DNA of 15,845 bases from Candidatus Eiseniibacteriota bacterium (GTDB taxonomy: Bacteria; Eisenbacteria; RBG-16-71-46; DASYSL01), in assembly GCA_031431875.1 (NCBI GenBank), contig JANPEF010000104.1, forward strand, positions 1-15,845. Reading direction: 5' to 3'. A model generated the notes under the pieces. The model was not told the origin of the DNA. It was given only the letters and a program-made list of their open reading frames with translations, and ran no database searches. Shown here one piece after another: positions 8,644-15,006 of this stretch. Each line of letters opens with the position of its first letter. The stretch's first letter is position 1. A program made the position numbers and the translations under genes.

Positions 8644-9081
8644 ATGAACCTTGAGCCACGCCCTTGCCATCACTGCGGCACCAGCATCGGGGACAGTCCG
8701 TACCGGATCGTCCTCCAGGGCTGGGCCGACGATCACGACCTGCCGCTGTGCCGGTCGTGCCAGTCATTGCGCCAGGCCGGGCAGCTGCCCGCCGACCTGC
8801 TGGTGCAGCAGTGGGTGTTCGCGCGCTCGGGGCCGAGCGCCGCGGGGAGTGAAGTCGAGCAGGTGATCGTGCGCCTCGAGTGCCTGGGCTGCGGCGATGT
8901 ACTGGCGGGGGCGGGGGCGGGGGCAGGGGCGGGGGCAGGCCCGGGACCCGCGGTCGAGTCGGGAGCGGTCGACGCGCGGCGCCTGCCCGACGGTTCGCTC
9001 ACCACGGAGTGTGCGCGCTGCCAGCGCACGAACCTGCTCGCGCGCCGCGGTCCGCAGATGGTCGCCGTCCGGTTGTGGTGA
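8644..9081 (+). CDS. Hypothetical zinc-binding protein with four CxxC motifs (145 aa)
   Basis: CHHC, CRSC, CLGC and CARC motifs, a GGAG SD, and its own promoter. It fills the gap between radC and the convergent Lon-N gene. Confidence 0.75.
   Translation: MNLEPRPCHHCGTSIGDSPYRIVLQGWADDHDLPLCRSCQSLRQAGQLPADLLVQQWVFARSGPSAAGSEVEQVIVRLECLGCGDVLAGAGAGAGAGAGPGPAVESGAVDARRLPDGSLTTECARCQRTNLLARRGPQMVAVRLW
8905..8940 (+). repeat. 6-bp microsatellite (GC[G/A]GGG)x6 encoding (AG)6
   Basis: GCGGGG GCGGGG GCGGGG GCAGGG GCGGGG GCAGGC. Confidence 0.9.
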
Positions 9082-9097
9082 CGCCGGTGCCGCCCAT

Positions 9098-9796
9098 CTA
9101 GTTCTGCTCGCCCGGCCCGGCCGACAGGCGCGGCAGGTCGCGCCCCGCCAGCGCCGCATCGAGTTTCATCCTGAGCCACGCCTCGACCATCTCCGCGCGC
9201 GCCAGGGGCCCGCTGGCCTCGAGCGCGCGCAGCTTTGCCACCACCGGCACCTCGAGATTCTGGCACACGGTGTGGATCACGGTTTCGCGCGCCGCGCTCT
9301 CGTCGTCACCGGAGGTGGCCAGCAGCGTCGTGCCGCCGCGTCCCGCCAGGTGCGCCGTGTACTCGTAGGTGAGGAACATGCGCCGCACGCGTTCGTCGAA
9401 GTCGGGACGATCGGCGGGCAGTGGCAGGTCGGGGAGCGCGCGGGCGTGCACCGAGCGATACGGGCGATCGGTGAACTCCTCCTCGAGCGACACGCGTTCG
9501 CCGCCGTGCAGCAGGATGTCGAGGAGCCCGTCCGGGCGATCGATCACGTGCACCATCCGGCCCACGGTCGCCACCGGGTGGAACGCCGGCGCCCCCCCCT
9601 CGTCGCCCTCCCAGCCCGGCAGCAGCGTCGCGACCACCAGCCGCCCGTCGCCGGCTCGTGCCTCGCGCACCATGGCGAGGTAGCGCGGCTCGAAGATGTG
9701 CAGCGGCAGGAGCGCGTCCGGGAAGAACACGAGTTCGGGCAACGGGAACACCGGCACGACGCCGGAGAACCCCGAGGCGGCAGGGCGTTCGGACAT
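9098..9796 (-). CDS. Stand-alone LON peptidase substrate-binding (N-terminal) domain protein
   Basis: VPVFPLPELVFFPDALLPLHIFEPRYLAMV...VATVGRMV...PDGLLDILLHGGER...PY. No AAA+ or protease domain is present. ATG at 9796. Confidence 0.9.
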   Translation of the reverse strand: MSERPAASGFSGVVPVFPLPELVFFPDALLPLHIFEPRYLAMVREARAGDGRLVVATLLPGWEGDEGGAPAFHPVATVGRMVHVIDRPDGLLDILLHGGERVSLEEEFTDRPYRSVHARALPDLPLPADRPDFDERVRRMFLTYEYTAHLAGRGGTTLLATSGDDESAARETVIHTVCQNLEVPVVAKLRALEASGPLARAEMVEAWLRMKLDAALAGRDLPRLSAGPGEQN

Positions 9797-9806
9797 GGCG
9801 TCGATT

Positions 9807-10943
9807 CTAATCGAGGACGAGCTCGGCGGCCACCGTCGGGTCGATCTCGACCGCCCGGCGCGCCGTCCTCGCCGCGAGGGCCACCTCGCCGCCGAGCCGC
9901 GCCAGCGCCCACGCGGCGGCGCCGCGCACCACCGGATCGTTGTCGGCGAGCACGGCCGCAAGCGCCGGCACCGCCGTCCGGTCGCCGCGGTTGCCCAGCG
10001 CGATGCAAACGTTGCGCACGAAGCCGCCTCGCCCGGCGCGCAGGATCGCGCTCCCCTCGAAGGTGCGGGCGAACGCCGCCTCGTCGAGCCTGAGCCAGGC
10101 CACCAGCGGCGTGGTCAGCAGGCCCGGCCGCGCGCGGACCTCGTCGCTGCGTGCGGCCTGGGCGAAGCGATTCCACGGGCAGGCGTCGAGGCAGTCGTCG
10201 CAGCCGTAGATGCGCTCGCCGATCAGCGGGCGCATTTCCAGCGGGATCGCGGTCTTGAGCTCGATCGTCAGGTAGCTGATGCAGCGCCGCGCGTCGACGC
10301 GGTAGGGCTCGGGAATCGCGCCGGTGGGACAGGCGTCAATGCAACGCACGCACGAGCCGCAGCGCCGGTCGGCCGGCGCGTCGGGTTCGAGCGCGCGATC
10401 GAGGATCAGTTCGCCGAGCACGAACCAGTTCCCCAGGTCGCGACGAATCAGGTTCGTGTGCTTGCCGACGAAACCGATGCCTGCGCGCTCGGCCCACGGC
10501 CGTTCGAGGATGGGCCCGGTGTCGACGGCGACGCGCACCTCGGCCCCGGGCAGCGCCGTCCGCGCGAAGCGGGCGAGCGCGCGCAGGCGCGACGTGACGG
10601 CGCGGTGATAGTCGCGGCCGCGCGCGTAGCGGGCGATCCCGGCGGCGGTGCCGGAAGGCTCGTCGGGGCGATGGTAGTTCCACGCGACCGAGAGCAGCGA
10701 GCGCGCGGCGGGCCACATCGTGCGCGGGTGGGAACGATCTGCGCGCTGGCGCTCGAACCAGTCGAGCGTGCCGTGATCGCCGCGCTCGATCCAGGCGTCG
10801 AGGCGATCCCCGGCCTCGCGCATGGCGAGCCCGAGCGGATCGCTCGCATCGGGGGCATCGAGGCGGGCCACGCCGACGGCTGCGAAGCCCAGGCGCAGCG
10901 CCTCGGCCTTGAGCGCGGCCGTGACGGCGGCGTCGCCCGTCAG
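9807..10943 (-). CDS. queG: tRNA epoxyqueuosine(34) reductase QueG; probable CTG start at 10943
   Basis: ARYARGRDYH, VDTGPILER, AGIGFVGKH, CGSCVRCIDACPTGAI, CISYLTIE, YGCDDCLDACPWN and a C-terminal HEAT repeat. The conserved N-terminal LKAEALRLGFAAVGVA lies upstream of the first GTG (10871). Confidence 0.93.
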   Translation of the reverse strand: MTGDAAVTAALKAEALRLGFAAVGVARLDAPDASDPLGLAMREAGDRLDAWIERGDHGTLDWFERQRADRSHPRTMWPAARSLLSVAWNYHRPDEPSGTAAGIARYARGRDYHRAVTSRLRALARFARTALPGAEVRVAVDTGPILERPWAERAGIGFVGKHTNLIRRDLGNWFVLGELILDRALEPDAPADRRCGSCVRCIDACPTGAIPEPYRVDARRCISYLTIELKTAIPLEMRPLIGERIYGCDDCLDACPWNRFAQAARSDEVRARPGLLTTPLVAWLRLDEAAFARTFEGSAILRAGRGGFVRNVCIALGNRGDRTAVPALAAVLADNDPVVRGAAAWALARLGGEVALAARTARRAVEIDPTVAAELVLD

Positions 10944-12568
10944 GCCGTGGGGCCCCGGTAGCGGAAGACCAGCGCGGTGATGTCGTCGGCCTGCGGATAC
11001 GCGCCGGCGAACTTGTGCACGCTGTCGACGAGACGATCGAGCACCTCGGCGGCCGGCGCGTCGTGCACGCCGTCGAGGCAGGCCTTGAGGCGCTCCTCCT
11101 CGTACTGCTCGCCGTGCGCGTTGAGGGCCTCGGTCACGCCGTCGCTGTAGAGGATCACGAGGTCGCCGGCATCGAGCTGGATCTCCTCCTCCTCGTACGT
11201 GGCGTCGGGGAAGATGCCGACCATCAGCCCGCCCTTGTCCAGCGTCTCCAGCACGCCGTTCCGGCGCAGGACGTACGTCGGATTGTGCCCCGCATTCGAC
11301 ACGCGCAGGCGCCCGTCGGGTTCGGCGATGGCGAAGGCGACCGTGGCGAAGCGCGACTGGATCGAGCGGCGCACGAGGGTGTGATTGAGGCGTTCGAGCG
11401 TGTCGGAAGGACCGGGCTCGTCCTCGGCGTGCGAGTTGAGGATGCCCTGGATCACGGCCGCCATGAGCGCCGCCGGTGGCCCCTTGCCCGAGACGTCCCC
11501 CAGCGCGAAGCCGAGGCGGCCGCCGGTGAGCTCGGTGTGTTCGTAGAAGTCCCCGCCGATGGCGCGGCAGGGCTCGGTCATCGCCGCGATCTCGAACGGA
11601 CCGGCGGCGAATCGCGCGGGCGGAAGGAGCGCGCGCTGGATCTCGGCCGCGATCTTGAGCTCGTTCTCCATCCGGTTCTTCTCTTCGACCTCGCGGTAGA
11701 GGCGCGCGTTCTCGATCGCGACCGCGGCTTCGGCCGCGAGCTGGTCGAACGCCGCGTGCAGGTCCGCATCCTCGAGCTTGCCCAGGCCGCCGCTGTCGAC
11801 GTAGAGCACGCCGAGCGGCTGGTTGCCGGAGCCGCGCACCTTGGGCAGCGGCGCGCAGAGCACGGAGCGGATGCCGTCGACCATCGTGTTACGCCCGTCC
11901 GGCACCTCGTTCTCGAACACCAGCCGGCCGGACTCGAACACGCGCGACGGCACCGTGTGGCTGCGGCGCACGGTCTCGGGGTCGATCGTGCGCCGCCGCC
12001 GGTCGCGGGCCATGCGGATGACCAGGCCATTGCTGCCGGCGCCCTCGGGCGACAGCATGACGAAGCCGCGATCGGCGCTCGAGAGCGCCACGGCCTGGTC
12101 GACGACGATGGCGAGCACCTCCTCGAGAACGCGCCCTTCGGCCATCGCCTTGAGCGCCTGGCCGAGCAGGTTCATCGAGCGACCGCTGACCACGCCGCGC
12201 GTCTTCGCGTCTTCGGGCAGGGCGGGCGGTGCGCCGACGGTGAAGCGGCTGGTGATCTCGTCGGTGACGAGCTGGAACTCGACCGGCGGCCGGTGCGGCG
12301 AGCCGAAGTGCACGTGATCGCCGTGGGCCAGGCGATGCGGGCCCTCGAGCTTCTTCTCGTTCACGTAGGTGCCGAACTTCGACCCCTTGTCGAGCAGCAC
12401 GTAGGCGGTGCCGTCCTGCGTGATCTCGGCGTGTTCGCGCGAGACGTCGCCCTCCTGGATGACGAGCTGGTTCTCGGGGAGGCGACCGATCTTGAACGGG
12501 AATTGCTCGAGGACCCGGGCGACCTTGCCCTCCCCCTCGGGAATCATCAGGCGTGCGACTTCGGCCAC
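10940..12568 (-). CDS. FHA-GAF-PP2C (SpoIIE/RsbU-type) serine phosphatase
   Basis: FHA: KIGRLPEN...VSREHAEI...DKGSKFGTYVN. GAF: IRSVLCAPL...GVLYVDS...AAVAIENARLY. PP2C: GGDFYE, GDVSGKG, NAGH, YSDGVTE and DDIT. GTG at 12568 is preceded by GAGGT. Confidence 0.92.
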   Translation of the reverse strand: MAEVARLMIPEGEGKVARVLEQFPFKIGRLPENQLVIQEGDVSREHAEITQDGTAYVLLDKGSKFGTYVNEKKLEGPHRLAHGDHVHFGSPHRPPVEFQLVTDEITSRFTVGAPPALPEDAKTRGVVSGRSMNLLGQALKAMAEGRVLEEVLAIVVDQAVALSSADRGFVMLSPEGAGSNGLVIRMARDRRRRTIDPETVRRSHTVPSRVFESGRLVFENEVPDGRNTMVDGIRSVLCAPLPKVRGSGNQPLGVLYVDSGGLGKLEDADLHAAFDQLAAEAAVAIENARLYREVEEKNRMENELKIAAEIQRALLPPARFAAGPFEIAAMTEPCRAIGGDFYEHTELTGGRLGFALGDVSGKGPPAALMAAVIQGILNSHAEDEPGPSDTLERLNHTLVRRSIQSRFATVAFAIAEPDGRLRVSNAGHNPTYVLRRNGVLETLDKGGLMVGIFPDATYEEEEIQLDAGDLVILYSDGVTEALNAHGEQYEEERLKACLDGVHDAPAAEVLDRLVDSVHKFAGAYPQADDITALVFRYRGPTA

Positions 12569-12639
12569 GGCTAGAACCTCGGCGGACGGGGACCAGGGCT
12601 CGCAGGTGAGGCATTCGGACGGCGCAGCAGTGGAGCCAC

Positions 12640-12654
12640 CGGGTATCTTACCCG
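12640..12654. promoter_or_regulatory. Palindrome CGGGTA-TCT-TACCCG carrying overlapping -10 hexamers on both strands
   Basis: TATCTT (+, 12644-12649) lies 7 nt before the Nudix ATG. TAAGAT (-, 12650-12645) faces the phosphatase gene. Confidence 0.45.
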
Positions 12655-12656
12655 AC

Positions 12657-13142
12657 ATGACCCTCTGGCTCTACTGCCCGCACTGCGGCACCCCGCTCGA
12701 GCCCACCGGGACCTGCCCTGCGTGCGGTGATGGCCGGGTGCACCGCCGGCGCACCGCGCCCGCCGTAGCCATGGCTGTGGTCGAGGCCGGATGCGTCCTC
12801 CTCGTGCGCCGCAAGTACGAGCCGATGGTCGGGCACTGGGCACTGCCGGCGGGCTTCATCGAGGGAAACGAGGCGCCCGCGGCCACCGCCCGCCGGGAAG
12901 CCGCGGAGGAAACGGGACTCCTCATCCGCCCGACCGCGCTCCTGGGGGCATTTCCGGGCGGCGCGCCAGACGCGCGTGTCGTGCTCCTGGTCTATCGCGG
13001 CGTGGTCGAAGGCGGGGTGCTTGCTGCGGGGGATGACGCGAGCGACGCGGGGTTCTTTCCCCTCGACGCCCCGCCGGCACCCCTCGCTTACGGGCCCCAC
13101 CGGCGCGTGCTCGATCTCCTGCGGGTCGATCCCACGGGCTGA
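12657..13142 (+). CDS. Nudix hydrolase with an N-terminal zinc ribbon
   Basis: YCPHCG...CPACG, WALPAGF, the Nudix box GFIEGNEAPAATARREAAEETGL, and AGDDASDAGFF. ATG at 12657. Confidence 0.92.
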   Translation: MTLWLYCPHCGTPLEPTGTCPACGDGRVHRRRTAPAVAMAVVEAGCVLLVRRKYEPMVGHWALPAGFIEGNEAPAATARREAAEETGLLIRPTALLGAFPGGAPDARVVLLVYRGVVEGGVLAAGDDASDAGFFPLDAPPAPLAYGPHRRVLDLLRVDPTG

Positions 13143-13278
13143 GCGATTCCGCGGTCCATTCGCCGTGGCGTCCCGGAAAAGCAAAAATGAAGTCAAGTCA
13201 TTGCACCTCAATCGTTTCCGTTCGAATTCGACCGCTATCCGGGGCTTCGGGTTCGCCTGGATTGGGTGCTGAAATTTG

Positions 13279-13307
13279 TTGCAGCGCGGAACGGACGGTC
13301 CTACGCT
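13279..13307 (+). promoter_or_regulatory. Sigma70-like promoter TTGCAG-N17-TACGCT with an AT-rich upstream region
   Basis: Exact 17-nt spacer. The predicted start site (~13314) coincides with the beginning of the long hairpin. Confidence 0.55.
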
Positions 13308-13313
13308 CGCTCT

Positions 13314-13662
13314 CCAGCGGGCACAAGACGCACCGAAAAGATTTACCGGCTGAGTTCCGCAAATAGCGCGCAGACGATTCGCGCGACCGTGTGGAGGCCG
13401 CTGATTTTCGGTGTCACCCCGCGTCTCTTGTAATGCCCGCAGTTCGCGGGCGCTGGAGCCTGCTCCGGGGATGGACTTCGGGGGGAGCCACCCCGGACGG
13501 CTCTCGGTCTTCCCGCTCGATGGCCGCAGGCGTGACGAGTTCCGCGTCACGTCCTGCTGCCAGAGCGACATGGATGGAATACGGGTCCGCGAGACGGACC
13601 GACAGGACGCCGGTCCGGTTTGACTTCGGGGGGAGCCATTCCGGCCGGCGGCTTCGTTTTTC
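13314..13662 (+). ncRNA. Candidate multi-hairpin ncRNA or long structured leader; family unidentified
   Basis: Five consecutive helices: 13317-13440, 13456-13503, 13514-13567, 13584-13600 and 13608-13650. It ends in CTTCGTTTTT and contains no ORF with the host codon bias. Confidence 0.55.
13474..13638 (+). repeat. Two exact copies of the 17-mer GACTTCGGGGGGAGCCA (13474-13490 and 13622-13638)
   Basis: Read directly from the sequence. Each copy sits at the apex of a CCGG...CCGG stem. Confidence 0.95.
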
Positions 13663-13723
13663 GCCGTTTGCGGCCACCCAGCGCGCGTTCTGCGCGGACG
13701 CGCGATGACCTTCCGCGTACACT

Positions 13724-13749
13724 GCCTCCGACCCCACGGAGGCTTTTTT
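13724..13749 (+). terminator. Intrinsic-terminator-like hairpin containing the mqnD Shine-Dalgarno sequence
   Basis: GCCTCCG-ACCCCA-CGGAGGC-TTTTTT, then C-ATG. GGAGG at 13738-13742 is in the 3' arm. Confidence 0.65.
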
Positions 13750-13750
13750 C

Positions 13751-14626
13751 ATGTCCGACGCAACGACCACCATCGGCAGCACCGCGACCGACGCACCCGT
13801 TCTGCGCATCGGCCACAGCCCCGATCCCGATGACGCGTTCATGTTCTACGGCCTGGCGCACGGCGCGGTGAAGATCCGCAACTACCGGATCGAGCACGTG
13901 CTCGAGGACATCGAGTCGCTCAACCGCCGTGCCATCGCGCGCGACCTCGAGGTCACCGCGATCTCGGCGCACGCTTATCCGCGGATCGCCGACGCCTACC
14001 ACATCCTCGCCACCGGCGCGTCGATGGGCCGCGGCTATGGGCCGATCCTGGCGTCTCGTGTGCCCATGGCGATCGCCGACCTGCGCGGCAAGCGCGTCGC
14101 GATCCCCGGCCCGTGGACCACGGCCGCGCTCCTGACGTCGATCTACGTCGAAGGCCACGTCCCGGTCGAGGTCATGTTCGACCAGGTGCCGCAGGCAATC
14201 CTCTCGGGCGAGGTCGACGCGGGCGTGATCATCCACGAGGGCCAGCTCACCTACGGCGGCATGGGCCTGCACAAGATCGCCGACTACGGCGAGCTGTGGG
14301 CCGCCGAAACCGACGGCCTGCCGCTCCCGCTGGGCCTCGACGTCGTGCGCGCCGACCTGGGCCCCGAGCTCTGTCGCGAGATCAATCGCGGGCTGCGCGC
14401 CTCGATCGAGCACGCGCGTGCGAACCTCGAGCCGGCGATCGATTACGCGCTGACGTTCGGGCGCGGCCTCGACCGCGACCTGGGCAAGAAGTTCGTCGGC
14501 ATGTACGTGAGCGAGGACACCGTCGATATGGGCCAGCCGGGGCGCGCGGCGCTCCAGCTGCTGTTCGAGCGCGGCGCGGCAAAGGGCCTGATTCCGGCAG
14601 TGCCGGAGCTGGTCGTGATCGACTGA
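13751..14626 (+). CDS. mqnD: 1,4-dihydroxy-6-naphthoate synthase (MqnA/MqnD family, futalosine menaquinone pathway)
   Basis: GHSPDPDDAFMFYGL, DIESLN, GASMGRGYGP, PGPWTTA, IIHEGQLTY, LPLPLG and GMYV. Confidence 0.9.
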   Translation: MSDATTTIGSTATDAPVLRIGHSPDPDDAFMFYGLAHGAVKIRNYRIEHVLEDIESLNRRAIARDLEVTAISAHAYPRIADAYHILATGASMGRGYGPILASRVPMAIADLRGKRVAIPGPWTTAALLTSIYVEGHVPVEVMFDQVPQAILSGEVDAGVIIHEGQLTYGGMGLHKIADYGELWAAETDGLPLPLGLDVVRADLGPELCREINRGLRASIEHARANLEPAIDYALTFGRGLDRDLGKKFVGMYVSEDTVDMGQPGRAALQLLFERGAAKGLIPAVPELVVID

Positions 14627-14658
14627 TCACGGTGCCGCGGATCCGGGTCCACCCGCGC

Positions 14659-14687
14659 TTGACCACCTGGTGATCGAGCGCTAGGCT
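14659..14687 (+). promoter_or_regulatory. Sigma70-like promoter TTGACC-N17-TAGGCT
   Basis: 5/6 match at -35, exact 17-nt spacer and a TANNNT -10. Confidence 0.7.
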
Positions 14688-14693
14688 TCCTTC

Positions 14694-14764
14694 AGTTCAT
14701 CACCCCTGTCGCTTCGGCGCAGGGCGCGAGGCCGTCTCCGAAAGGGGGCGGCCTCTGCTTCGTT
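14694..14764 (+). ncRNA. Candidate ~70-nt small RNA: UUCG hairpin plus a GAAA terminator hairpin
   Basis: CCCTG-T-CGC-TTCG-GCG-CAGGG (14704-14724), then GAGGCCGTCTCC-GAAA-GGGGGCGGCCTC (14728-14755) followed by TGCTTCGTT. It begins about 7 nt after the -10. Confidence 0.55.
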
Positions 14765-14786
14765 CCGGCTCCCGTCTGGCGGCTCG

Positions 14787-14849
14787 ATGCGAACGATCGT
14801 CTACGTCGATGCCTTCAATGTGTAGTACGACTGCCTGAAGGGCCGGCCG
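14787..14849 (+). pseudogene. Remnant N-terminus of a NYN (LabA/DUF88, PIN-like) nuclease with an in-frame stop
   Basis: Translates as MRTIVYVDAFNV*YDCLKGRP, matching the family start MRTxVYVDGFNLYYGxLKG. TAG at 14823-14825 replaces a Tyr, and similarity is lost after about 21 codons. Confidence 0.7.
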
Positions 14850-15006
14850 GGGGCGCGCCTGCGCTTCGCGCGCATCTGGCGAAGGGCTGACTCCGGCGGC
14901 GACGGAATTCGTGATGCTGGATTAGGTTGTGAGAGTCTGAAGGGCAGCTGCGAGATCGATGAGCCAGCTGTGGCTGTCCCGGGGGGGGGCGCGCGAAGTG
15001 ACAGCT

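Noticed and set aside
13317..13440. Long rod as 6S RNA or SRP (4.5S) RNA, given ftsY in the window
   Set aside because: It lacks the SRP domain IV CAGG-GNRA-AGCA motif, is shorter than typical 6S RNA, and is not in the usual zapA/ygfA/rny context. It is not fully excluded without cmscan.
13471..13610. CsrB/Rsm-type sRNA based on several ANGGA/CAGGA motifs
   Set aside because: Most of the GGA motifs fall in stems or linkers rather than in short hairpin loops, and GGA is frequent at this GC content.
13474..13638. Duplicated 17-mer as a CRISPR repeat
   Set aside because: There are only two copies, the repeat is too short, the spacing is 148 nt with structured intervening sequence, and no cas genes are present.
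12648..13842. Track ORFs crossing the Nudix-mqnD gap (12648..13571, 13391..13708, 13411..13623, 13414..13842)
   Set aside because: They show no host-like codon bias, SD or protein motifs. Their repeated peptides simply reflect the duplicated 17-mer.
14823..14825. In-frame TAG in the NYN fragment as recoding (pyrrolysine or readthrough)
   Set aside because: Similarity ends a few codons later and TAG is used as a normal stop elsewhere in the window, so pseudogenisation is the simpler explanation.
14835..14945. CTGAAGGGC direct repeat (14835 and 14937) as a target-site duplication
   Set aside because: It is only 9 bp, with no terminal inverted repeats or transposase between the copies, so it is plausible by chance.
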